From NCBI GenBank assembly GCA_009103225.1, contig RHPI01003369.1, forward strand, positions 1,935,779-1,985,818: a DNA stretch of 50,040 bases, read 5' to 3'. Both the position numbers and the translations under genes were made by a program. The notes under the pieces were generated by a model that saw only the letters and a list, made by a program, of their open reading frames with translations, did no database searches and was not told the DNA's origin. How positions within the stretch are numbered: the first letter of the stretch is position 1; the number at the start of each line of letters is the position of its first letter. Positions 12,499 to 23,332 of the stretch are shown here, in pieces. This DNA comes from Chlorokybus atmophyticus (taxonomy: Eukaryota; Plantae; Mesostigma and Chlorokybus algae).

Positions 12499-12542
12499 CC
12501 CCCCTGAGCTTCTGGGGAGGTTCCGGCTCCAGAGCTCAGTTG

Positions 12543-12704
12543 CTAACGCAGGTGAGCAGGGCCGTTGGCGCGGCAATCATCGCATCATTACTTCATGGGT
12601 ATTGCGTCCAATGGGGGCTCCAGACTGTAGCAGTGCAGGCCCTTGGTACAGCCATCGCAGAGCATCATGAGTGCGTCATCGCCGGCGCTGCCGCAGCGTT
12701 CACA
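12543..12704 (-). pseudogene. PHD finger at the C-terminus of the E1 integrase
   Basis: CERCGSAGDDALMMLCDGCTKGLHCYSLEPPLDAIPMK**CDDC fits the C4HC3 PHD spacing, with one Cys changed to Ser and two stops where W-x is expected. Confidence 0.85.
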
Positions 12705-13900
12705 GCGTGTGCTGCGGGCGGGGCGAGGGTGCTGGATGCGCGCGAAGCCTGCTACATAGGGGAGGTGACATGGCGCGCAATTCACCATGTTGTCTTTCAA
12801 CCTCTCGCCATTCTGACCAAGAAGGTCCAGCACTCCTGTGGGGTACACCTTGAGTACCTTGTAGACGGTGCGGCCCACGGAGGTGTCGAGCGTGTCCTTG
12901 GTGGCTGCCATGCGGTAGGCACAGTCACCTGCTTAAAACCGCCGTTGGCGCTCCTTGTGGAAGCCGCTTCGCACGCGCTCGTAGCGCAGGGTGTCACGGT
13001 GCTGTGCAATGCGCAGGTTGTGAAAGGCCATTGGGACGGTGTGCTCGAACAGCGTGGCACGTGTGGTGATGTCGTGGTGCATCGAGTCGGGATCGTCGAG
13101 GTTGTCCACCACACGGTCCACTTTCTGCTGTGCATGAAAGGGGAGCAACGGCAGACGCCCGAACAGCAAGTAGTATGGGCTGTACTCGCGCAGCGCCGCC
13201 TGCTTTGACGATCGGTAGCCAAGAGCCACCCACAGAAGGTGGTCGTCCCAGGTGTTCTTCTCATAATCCAGCACGTACTTGCGGAGTGCCTTCTTGATAG
13301 TCTGCACCGTCCGCTCGGCTAGACCGTCGGCTTGAGGGTGGTCGCACGAAGTACGGCGATGATCGATGTAGCATCTGTCCAGCAGGGTGTCGAACTCCCC
13401 TCTGAACCCAGTGCCCTTGTCGGTGATGACCTCAGCGCAGCTGCCGAACCGGCTAAGGACATGGGAGAGGAAAGCTTGAGCCACCCCCCTGCTGCTCTTG
13501 TCGCGTAATGGCACCAGCTCCACCCATTTGGAGAAGTGCTCGATCATGATCAGGATTTAGCGGTTGCCCCGCGCCGAGGGTGCCAAGTCTCCCAAGATGT
13601 CGAGTCCCCAGCGGTAGAACAGCCCAGAGATGGGGAGAGGGTGCAAGGTGGCGCTGCGTGTGTAGAGGCTGGCACGTACCATGTCACACTGCTGGCAGCG
13701 ACTTACGAACCCTTAAACCTGTTTGGACAGCCCACCAATATTGCGCCCTTACTAAGCTGACGGTACGCTTGACGCTGAAGTGCCCAAGCTCCGTGTGGAG
13801 GGCAGCGATAATGCCCTCTCGCGTGGCTGGTGTTGGCACCTCCTTGTCCTCGTCTAGGACGCGGCGGTACACTTTGTCACTCGCCCACCGGTAGTGGTGG
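12705..13900 (-). pseudogene. E1 DDE integrase (rve core with HHCC remnant), frameshifted
   Basis: HTELGHFSVKRT...YWW; RWGLDILG (D1), VITDKG (D2), HPQADGLAERTVQTIK (E); WDDHL..VALGYR...YSPYYLLFGR. Confidence 0.92.
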
Positions 13901-14269
13901 GTGCGCTGACTGACACGATCTTTCTCTCGTGCACTCATATTGGAGGGAAGCTGGCCACTTTGAAGGAAGGAGAGTGATGGCTTGTCCATACCTATGTTCT
14001 GCCTGGTGTCGATGGGTGCCAGCTCGGTGTCGTTAACTTCGATGTCGACCGCGTGGACGTCTCCTAGTGGTGTGGTCACTGCGGGGTCGGTAGCCTCAAG
14101 GGCCGGAACCTCCTTTGTCGTTGAGGTGGTGTTGATCTGGCGCCCTGACCGTAACGCGGCAGCAGCAAACATGGCTGCCATTATGGCTGCCATGATGGTG
14201 GGAGCTGCTGCTGCGGGGCTGAGCTCGTGCCGAGCTCCGGTTTCATCGCTGGTACTACGGTGAGGGTTG

Positions 14270-16040
14270 CGACTGAGACCATCAGCGCCGTGAATGGTGA
14301 GGCTGGCGAGGTGGTCGATCTCGAAGTCATACTCTTGCAGCAACAGGGCCCAGCGAGCAAGTTTCTCTGTCAGATGTTTGTTGGTCATGAACCACTTGGG
14401 TGGCTGATGATCGGTAATCAGCTGGAATTGTCGACCAAAAAGGAAAGGTCTGAAGAAGGAAATAGCCCATACTGCGGCGAGGCACTCCCCCTCGTAGCTG
14501 CTGTAGTTGGCCTCAGCGCATGTTGTTGCTCCGGCTGGCGTATGACACAATCCGCTCCTTCTTGTTCTCATCGTACTGTACCAGCACAGCCCCCATCCCA
14601 AGTTTGCTTCAGTCGGTGTGGAGGATGAAGGGCTTGTTGTAGTCAGGCCGTGACAGGATGGGAGCGGTGGTGAGCCTGCTCTTTAGCTCCTCAAACGTCT
14701 GCTGTTGTGGCCCCTTCCACGCAAACACCACCTCCTTCGTTAGGAGCTCGTTGAGGGGTCACGCGATCTTTGCGAAGTCTTTCACGAACAGACGATAGTA
14801 CTTGGCAAGGCCCAGAAAGGTGTTGAAGGACTAGCATGCACATGTAGCTGAGGCAAGCATAGACACACAGAGACAGAGCTACCGCCACCAGAGCATACAC
14901 AAGTCACATCACATTCATCTATTACAAATTGTCTGCTGGTTCTTATATCAGCCAGTTACACACACGTCTACGTTTGCAAGCACTGCGTAAGCTATACTCA
15001 GCCTTTTAACGCGCTCTAAGCTGTGTTGTCTTTATACAATCAGAGCTGTCCAACAAGCTCTTACACGCCTAATATGAGTAAGTATACGCGGAGATATGAA
15101 GCAGTAAGTAAGGCTCCAGTCTGGAGTCTGGAGTCTGGTCCGACGACGCCACCTTGCTAAGTCCGGACCTAGTGCTCGTCCTTACGACCTTCTACTCCTG
15201 TGTGGAGGGTCGATGCTGATCGTATGTAAGAATACTCTCAACAAAAGGCACGCAGACGCGTAAGGTCTGTGGGAGCAAGGGATAGCCGCCAAAGCCTCCA
15301 CCTTTGCCTGTTGTACGTACACACCGTGAGACACAATCATGTGCCCTAGGTAGGGTACCTTGCAAGTGAAGAAGGTGCACTTGTCGGGGTGCACTGTCAT
15401 CCCCACCCCCTTGAGTCTCTCCAGCACTTCCTCGATGTGCTGCAGGAACTCGTCGTTACTGCGATTAAAAATGAGAATGTCGTCGATGTAGCATCGCGCG
15501 AAGCCAGCCCCTTCAAGGCTTTGTCCATGACGCGCTGGAACTTGGCAGGAGCGTTCTTCAGTCCGAAGGGCACGACCTTCCACTGGTACAGCTGCCGTTT
15601 GCCCCAGAAAGAGGTCTTGTGCTTGTCCTCCTCCTTGATGGCGATCTCGTTGTACCCTTGTCGCATATCTAGGATGCTAAAGACGGTGCAGTATCCTACA
15701 TCATAAAAGATACCCTCTGCAGTAGGCATTGGAAACTTGTTTTGTTTAGTCTTGTTGTTGAGGGGGCGATAGTCGCCGCACATGCGCCGGTCTGTCTAAT
15801 TGCCTGCTGAATCCTTTTTTAGGGGCATGACGGTCGCAGCCGCAAAGTCCGACGTGGACTCCTCAATCAGGCCTGCATTCAGCAGAGCCTTGCACCTCTG
15901 CTCGACCAAGTCTTCTTCCAACTTAAAGAGTTGGTACTGTCGCCGAGACACCGACTCGGTGTCCACCAACTCGATGGCCATCTGATAAACTGAGCAAACA
16001 CCCAGTTCCCTTACGCTAAAACTGAACTGGCTTCTCCACT
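14270..16040 (-). pseudogene. E1 reverse transcriptase and RNase H, interrupted by a solo LTR
   Basis: RRMCGDYRPLN, FSILDMRQGYNEI, VPFGLKNAPAKFQRVM, YIDDILIF, PYLGH, FLGLAKYYR, PFILHTD, NYSSYEGECLAAVWAI, ITDHQP, ARWALLLQEYDF. Confidence 0.95.
14821..15243. mobile_element. Solo LTR (423 bp) nested in the E1 RT
   Basis: Starts TGTTGA and ends TCAACA, with the 5-bp duplication AAAGG at 14816-14820 and 15244-15248. Removing it restores ...RLRAFLGLAKYY. Confidence 0.92.
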
Positions 16041-16269
16041 TGTCGAAGAGAGCCTCCAGTTCTCGCGTCGGGCCTGTAGCCAGTGGTCCAATGGCATGGG
16101 ATCAAGAGGTAGCGTTGGCGACCACTGGGATGTCCTCCACAGTGACTGCTGCCTGCTCCTCCATATGGGCAATTTCGAGGGCGGTGTGTGCCGCTTTGGT
16201 CTCTTGCACGCGATCGGCCCACCCCCCTGCCAGGTGTTCAAGCTCCTGGAAGGACACATGGCGGTCTTG

Positions 16270-17240
16270 GAGAGCAAAGCACATTTTTAATAACCATACC
16301 ATGTTGTTCTGATCCATGGCGCGTCCCAATAATTGGCATTTGCTGATTGTCGGTCAGCGTGGAACATGTGATACTGCCTGGAGAGAAGCCCATGGCGCGT
16401 TCGCGCTCACGTGCGTTGGGTTCCTCCAGCTGGCCTGTGTTTGAACCCAACACCATGCCTGCGCCGCGGTCGCGGAAGGCGTACGATCCTAGGTAGGACA
16501 CCAGCGTGGGGAGCGCACGACGTGATTGCCCAGGCTGGTTGCACTGGTAGAAGTGGTGGTGATCGCGACGGGTGACTGGTTGTGCTGATCAGAGTTTAAG
16601 ATAGCGTCGACTGTCAGATAGCGTGGACGACTGCTGTGCAAATATTCAGCAGCAAAGAGATCTTCGACTGTTGCCAGGTTGGTCCACTTGGCGCGGACGC
16701 GATGATCACGGGAGCTATGTCGCGCTACGTTGATTCTGAGAGGATGCCCCAATAAGGAACACACCTATCGGAAGCTGTTGGCCTCGTGATGGCGCTTATC
16801 GTCCTCAGAGTGCACATTTTCGATGATGTATTCTGGAGGCCTGGACAGCTGGTTGCTCTGCAAAATTTTAATGCCACGCATCAGTTCCCAGAACAGTTGT
16901 GAGCGAGGATCAGTGAGCCCTTGCCCGCTGCCTGCTCTGAAGTGTCCTTGACACTCCTATCCTGCTATCAGCAGGTCGATGTTGCCCACCGTTGGGAGGT
17001 GATCCGCAATGATTAAACGGATGTTCTGTGGCAGTGCCTTCAGACTGCCTTGCAGTGCCGATAGCGAAAGTCGCTGCGGGTAGCATTTGTGTAGGTGGCG
17101 CAGGTGGTGTTTCAGGGCAATCTGTGCGTGTGGATCAGGGTCACAGTAGAATTACTTAATGACCGTCGCGCCGGTATTGAGGACAGTGGCGAGGCCACTA
17201 CCTATTCCTCTGAATAGTTCATTCGCGGTGATGCCTTGTT
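16270..17240 (-). pseudogene. E1 C5 cytosine DNA methyltransferase (DNMT3-like catalytic domain), disrupted
   Basis: Motif I ELFRGIGSG, motif IV IAG*ECQGHFRAG, motif VI YIIENV, motif VIII SRDHRVRAKWTNL, motif IX RERAMGF, motif X LLGRAMD. Confidence 0.9.
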
Positions 17241-17649
17241 GTTGCCGGAATAAGTGAGACTCCACTACTCCAGTGGCCATCTGGTGTTGTTCCTGGACAG
17301 CAGCTTGGTCCTTGTAGAGAGAGAACCGTGAAGTGAGCCGCGGTCTGGTCGGTAGCAGATGTGCGACCACCTGTGCGCGCCAGCGGCGTTCCGCTGGTTG
17401 CTGGTGGGCCACTTCCTCAGTGGCATCTTCCTAAGACTCGTCGTATGGGATAGGAAAGTCTTGGTCCGAGTTGTGGGTGACCACCGCAAATGATCTGTCA
17501 GTGGTTGTCGAGCCTGACTTGTGGGTCGCTGTCGCAGCTGACGTGTCAGTGTTGCCGACAACGATCTGTAGGTGGCTGTTGCAGCTGACCTTGGGTGGGA
17601 ACGAGTGCGGGCCACCAACTCGAAAGGCAGATATCCTTGAACCTCTCCG

Positions 17650-18030
17650 TCCTCCTCATCCCAATGAGGACGAAACCAGGCCTTTTCTGTTTAGCAGTCC
17701 AGCCCCATGCCAACGGGGAAGTTGAAGTCCTGTCCCAACAACAGGTCGAAGGATCCTGCGTCGGTGACCACACACTTCTGTATGATCTCGGTGCTGTGGG
17801 ACGGGTCCACTCCTATTAAGCGAATGCAGAGGGCTTGCTTGGTGATACCGATCACCTTGTCACGGCTGCGCTGTCAAGCACGTATGGGCATGGCATCAGC
17901 TCAGCGCTGGTGATGCCAAGGTCACGTGCGAGGTAACATCCGATAATGACAGGCTGGGCTCCAGAGTTCAGCATCACTTGCTTGGCTGCTTGCTCATTGA
18001 TTGTGACATGCTTGCCTTGGTTGGCGATCA
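17650..18030 (-). pseudogene. E1 retroviral-type aspartic protease
   Basis: VMLNSGAQPVIIG (decayed DSG/DTG) and FDLLLGQDF. Aligns with E2 VLLDTGAHPVILG...FDVLIGKEA. Confidence 0.8.
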
Positions 18031-18049
18031 TGGCCGCGTTGGCATGGAT

Positions 18050-20234
18050 GCGCAGTCGCTTGAATCGTCGGTAGCGTGTGCGTGGGGTGTCTGCTGCTGC
18101 AGTCTCCTCCGGTGGTATCAAGCGCAGTGCGGCAAGCGCCCCTTTGCCCAGCTGAGTCTTGCGCACTTCCTTGACCGCGGCCTGGCCCGAACCGTCCTTG
18201 CCTTGGCTGTTCATGAACACGCTGTGGCTTGGGTGCCGGCAGTGCTGCCTGCGGCTGTCCTGGTGGTGGCGCCGGGGGATTGCGTCTCTGTGTGGCCGGG
18301 GTCATTCCTGGCGGCGTGGCCAGTGACTGTTGGGGAAACCCTGAAAGACCGGGTGTTTGTGGGCCCGCCTCCCGTGCAACCTGATTTTCCACATAAGTCC
18401 AGCATACTGCATGAGCTGCCTCCCTGACCAGTATACCTTCCCATGTGGCTGTTGTGTTGTTAATCACGTCACTCCAGCGATGATTCTGAGGCATGGGCTG
18501 GAAGTACACTGCGCGCAGAAGCCGCGCTCGTATGGCGTGGGTGATGGTGGGGACCCTTATGATCCCTGCCATGTAGGCATCCCATCTGCCATTGACCACT
18601 CCCACCTTCAACACCGTTGTTGCTCGCGCCCGCACAGTGAGGTAAATCTCTGGCTGTTGGACATGCTGCTCGTAGGCAGCTGAGATGTGTCTGCGTTGCC
18701 GCGCTGCTTCCACCCCTGGTCACCTCTATGGCCTCTTGTACTCCTTCTAAGGTGTCGGTGGATGTCGAGGCAACCTCGTCACGGGCTTGCCGTAGTGACT
18801 GCAGGAAGGCGTCCACCCAGAGCAATCTGGTGCTGAAGGCGAGCAGGGGGACTGCGGGGTGGTTGGTGACTAGCCTAGTTACCAGTCTTGCTCGAGCTGC
18901 GTTACCACCGTCTAGCATCCCCAGCATCCGCCTCAGGCCGATGCCTTCTTGTCGGTGCAGCATGGTTGCTTGTTGCAACATGGCAGTACGTAGTTGCTGT
19001 TCCCCGATTGAACCCGCTCCATCTCGTTGTGTCCACCCTTGCGGTGTGAGGTAGCCTCTCCTTGGATCCCGTTGATCTCCAGGCAAGTCTTCCAACAAGG
19101 CGGGTAGCAGCGGGGCGATCACCCCCCTGATTTGTTAGACTAGCGCCCTCGTATGGTCACCGTTGGGCTCAATGACGAGAGGTGTTGTACTGGATGATGG
19201 GCCACCGACTGTTGGCTAAAAAATGTCACTGCGAGAATCGGCAAGGGCGTGCGCTCTTGCGTCGATTGCCGCCGCTTGATCTTGTCGCCAGGTGAATGCC
19301 GGTTCCAGCGCGGTGTAGCGCTCATGACGTCGAACGGTATCGAGGGGCCTCAGTGCTTCATTGTCACCCACAGGCATGTCGGCTGTATCAGCGATGTGCT
19401 GCTGTACGTTGGGTTGCCCTTCCCTATACGTGTCCAGTGGGCTGGGCTCAAAGGGTTCATGACGGATTGGTGCGGGTTGGCGTGGCGCCATCTGCATATC
19501 GTCATGCAGAGTCTAGAACAACTACACTGCCAGCTCCAGTACAATAGGCGTTCTGACAACGAAGCCACGGTCTCGCATGGGAGGTGCCGTGGCGGCGAGG
19601 ATTTCATCCTCCAGCTGTCGCTGAGTTTGTTTTGGCAGCGTGTGAGATTCAGGCAGTGGGAAGACTCAATCACTGCGTTCAACGCGTGTTGTGCGCTCCC
19701 CTCTGCGCCCAAAAGCAATGGTAGTGGGATCTGCCCCACGCATGATGGTCTCTCAAGCACGCTTAGCTTGCTGACCTCGCGGGGCAGCCTGAGTGAGGTC
19801 GTGGGCGGGCAATGTAGCTGAGCGTGTTGCTGCAGCGGCAGCAAGCTCGACGATGGCACTGTCGATGGTGGCGAGAGTGCCGCTGAATGGCGCGAGAGTG
19901 GTCTCAAAGCCTGTTGGCACAAGTGGTTCTGCGATTGGAGCGGGATCGGTGCGACCTACTGCTGCAGGGTCGGTGATAGCGGTGGCTGTGGCCTGCTCAC
20001 CAGTGTGGGCGCAACGGTGCTCACCAGTAGACCAGTTTCTGGTGAGATTGGAGCAGTTACTGCTAGCGCTGACGAAATTGACGTCGTAGCCAATGTAACC
20101 ACTGCGGCTGGTGTAGTACCACTGGTGGCTTCAAAGGAGGTGGCTGCTGACGATGTTGCGGCTTCCCCTCGAACTCGCCGGGATGGTTGAATACGTGACG
20201 GAGTGCTGGTGTCTCTCGTGCGCTTTGGAGCCAT
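18050..20234 (-). pseudogene. E1 large uncharacterised coding region between Gag and protease (about 700 codons)
   Basis: Chain of overlapping minus-strand ORFs (19956-20234, 19350-19922, 19216-19497, 18469-19122, 17994-18713) with protein-like composition. No domain recognised. Confidence 0.55.
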
Positions 20235-20270
20235 CAGTGCCCACCGGGCAGAGTAACAGGCGCGGTAGTC

Positions 20271-21752
20271 CTACTCCTTGTCTTCCTCCAAGCGTGCCAT
20301 ACATGCCATGAGGGCAGCCATATGGTCATTACCTGGCGGTTGGGCTGGAGCCTTGGCGGCAACAGCAGCAGCGCGCGGACGTTCTTCCAGTCCCTTACGC
20401 TAAGGAGGACAATTCTTCCCCCTGTAGCCTTGCTCTTCCTTGCGAGCGTTGGCGTATTTGTTGGTGTGGTTATGGCCTCCTGTGTGATTGCTGTTGTAGC
20501 CACCAGAGTTGTTGCCGTTGTGGCCTCCAGTGTTGTTGCTGTTGTAGTTGTTGATGGGTCTCAACTCGGGGAATTTGAGCCAGCAGACTGACTTCAAGTG
20601 GCCTGTCTTGTGACAGTAGTCGCGGGCCAGAGTGAGTACTCTTCGGTGCACTTCTTTTGGTAGTGCCCATGCCGTCCACAGCGATGACACAGCTCAGGGG
20701 CAAACAAAGCAGCATACGCTGATCGTTTCCCTTTGTCGCGTGCTGGTGGAGCGTCGCGGCCACGTTCGCGGCGCGGAGGCTCGACAGTTGTGCTGGCTAC
20801 AGGCCGTGAGGCGCTGCGGTTGGTGTCCAGCACTGCCTTCTCATACACCAAGCGCTTATGAATGGCTTGTGCAGTCTCGAAAGCTTCCTCGAGCGTGTAG
20901 CCAAGGGGCCTGCTGTAGTTCAGGGTCAGGCGCGTCAACACGCTGAGGGTGGCATCCAACTCATTGACTTATACCACTGCAGCCGCCTCATCACTGACGA
21001 TCTTGTAGTCAGTGTCCTTCAACAGTCCTTCTAGTCTGGAGTACAGGCGTTAGGGGTCCTCATTGGGCTTGCGCCGGAACCGCCTCAACTCCTCCACTTT
21101 GCTAGTGGTCTGCGGTGGGAAGGTGCGACGAAGTGCAGCGTATAGAGATTTGCGTGGAGAGTCTGAGATGGCAGCACCTATAGTGATGGCTGGTGCACGC
21201 AGTGCAATTGACCCGAGGGTGAAAGCACTGCCTCCTGCACGAGAGCTAGGTGTTGCCATAGGTAGGGGCGTGCCCACCTCAACGGCTGCAGTTCGTTGTT
21301 CTTCAAGGATGGTGGCAGAACGGTCCAGGATCCGGGCCCGTCGCGCGGCCGTCTTTATCTCAATCTCTGCAAGTCAGGTTGACAATCACCAACTTCGGTT
21401 CCTCCTCCTCTGCTCTATTAATGGCTGCCGCTATAAACAACCCGGAAACTGCAGCGGGAGTGGCAGGTGGAAAGACGGCTGCTGGACGGTGCAGTGATGC
21501 AGGTGCTATGGTACTGGCAAGCTCGCCATAACCATCAACTCGATGCAATTCAGCAACAGCCTTTCAAACATCATGTGCTTCATGGTCCAGATACTGAGCT
21601 GCAATGTGAAAAGAGATCTCATCGGACCAGTCTTTGTTCTTCAGAGCCTGCTGTCGCATCTTGGAGTGGAACTTGATGATGAATTTGTACAGAGAGGTAG
21701 TGCCAGCACGTCCGGAGAAGCGCAGGGACGTGGTTGAGCTGGAAGACTCCAT
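20271..21752 (-). pseudogene. E1 Gag with two CCHC zinc knuckles
   Basis: RFSGRAG...WSDEISFHIAAQYLDHEA; CHRCGRHGHYQKKC; DYCHKTGHLKSVC; N/G-rich tail. Confidence 0.85.
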
Positions 21753-22185
21753 CTCGTAGTCGTCACTGTCAGCTGAGCGTGGGGAAGCTCGATGCCGTGG
21801 AGTGGACAGGATTGGAGTGAAGTCAGAGATAGCACGTGAGCCTCTGCTGCTACAATCGTTGCTCCCGTCGCTGGTCCGCTCGTAGGTGAGGTTGGAGGTT
21901 GGGCTCCACCTGCTGAGGTCACCCTCGTCTATTGGAGAGAACGGGATGGGCCTGCTCTTACAGCTAGTCCAAAGGTGAAAGTGTATGCATGGTAGAGTGT
22001 TTGTGCTCTTCCGCCTGTCGCGATGCCGCTACCACTCACCACACTAGTGCTTACGTGCGCACTATGTAATGACAGAGATAATGAATGCCCAGGGATGTGT
22101 CCCCAGATACAGATTGCACTATCTGATGCAGAATGCAATGCACTCACTTGAGCAAAGAGGGTGACACTGTGAGTCGATAAGCCAC

Positions 22186-22772
22186 TACTACAAGTAGTGC
22201 TGTTTACACAGTTCTTGCATGAGCGGAAAATGTGTTGCACTGTTAAGTGAGGTGAATGAGCAAGCAACACGTGGATACTATGCACTGACTGATGCCAACA
22301 AGCACACTGCAACCAGGCACACCAGGCCCACAGTGATGACAAGCACGATGCACACGCGAGCATGCACAGGCCCTCACACAGTGAGGGGGTTCTTGGTAAC
22401 CGGGGATGTCATGTTCGTAGTTCAAGTCGTTTTACAAGCTTTTAGCTTTCTCACAGTGTCATCAGCTGATCCGGTGAACATTGTGACTACTTATACAAGT
22501 CAAATCATGACTGTTCAGAACATAAGCTAACGGTCATATCGAGGCTATTTTCACAGCGATTGTCACTCGATTTAGAACACAACTTATTACTGAACTCACA
22601 ACTGAACAGCTACGCGCAGTGCCTATGTGGGCTATGGTCGTGAGCTACCCTAAAGTCATGACCTAGCTACTGGTCAAGGACGCGCGCGCGTTGGTATGTC
22701 GATAGGCCGGGCGACGGTTTTGATGTAGACATGCCAGATGAAGGCTGGTATGTGTGGGCACCAGGCATGACA
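22186..22772 (-). repeat. E1 terminal repeat A1 (587 bp)
   Basis: Second copy of 11669-12259. On the minus strand it starts TGTCATGCC. Confidence 0.95.
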
Positions 22773-23332
22773 AATGCCATTGTCGCTTCACTGGCTAAAG
22801 CTTTCTTCTATGGCTCTCACGGTAGGTGCTTAAAATGTGTATGACAATGTGGCATTGCTGGCTCACTCCGTTGCTTACTTTAATTGTTGATAACACAGTG
22901 TTGTAATGTTATAATTTAGAACTCACTTGCCATAATGTGTGCAGGTACTCACCGTGTGGCTAATTGCATGCGAACGTTGAATGCTAGCTGTATTACTACC
23001 TTCTTGCTTGCTTGTGGATGAAGGTAGCGGGCAAATTGTGCTATTGCATTTGACACACCATGCACAAATTTATAAGTTATAAGTGCAGCCGTGGCTGTGT
23101 GTGCATGCGACGCATGCCTTCTCTTTAGTGAACAATCAAGCTGTTAAGGAAAAATCCCCGTTGGTGAGCTCATCCTATTGAAGCATATTGAGTACACAAG
23201 CATGCAATCAACTAAATGAAAATTGTGCGCAGCCAACAAGTAAACAGCACCAAGGGGTTCACGCAACGGGGCGCCACAAACAACCAGAGGCTACCCACTT
23301 AATAGGGTTCATCACTCGTACTGTCACATATC

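Larger units (their letters stand above)
11432..22772 (-). mobile_element. E1: Ty3/Gypsy-type retroelement with DNMT and PHD domains and split direct repeats (A1-internal-B1-A2-B2). Decayed
   Basis: Ends TGTCG...TGACA, flanked by the 4-bp duplication AATG (11428-11431, 22773-22776). Internal gag, protease, DNMT, RT, RH, IN and PHD remnants carry stops and frameshifts. Terminal repeats are listed separately. Confidence 0.9.

Noticed and set aside
20271-20273. Programmed stop-codon readthrough at the Gag end (TAG-GAC in E1, TGA-GAC at 41526-41528 in E2)
   Set aside because: Both stops are one transition away from CAG/CGA, and E1 has another in-frame stop at 20400, so decay explains them.
12262-22772. 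E1 internal region as an independent insertion (7-bp TSD AAGCCAC) into one unit of a tandem LTR pair
   Set aside because: Not fully excluded. It is disfavoured because the inserted part would have no ends of its own, its PPT abuts B1 exactly, the A and B pairs have similar divergence, and E2 independently shows A and B at opposite ends.
11432-22772. RIP-like or CpG-specific hypermutation caused by the element's own DNMT
   Set aside because: Hand classification of the transitions between repeat pairs gave roughly 12 CpA, 8 CpT, 6 CpG and 4 CpC, with no normalisation, and many CpGs survive. No clear signature.
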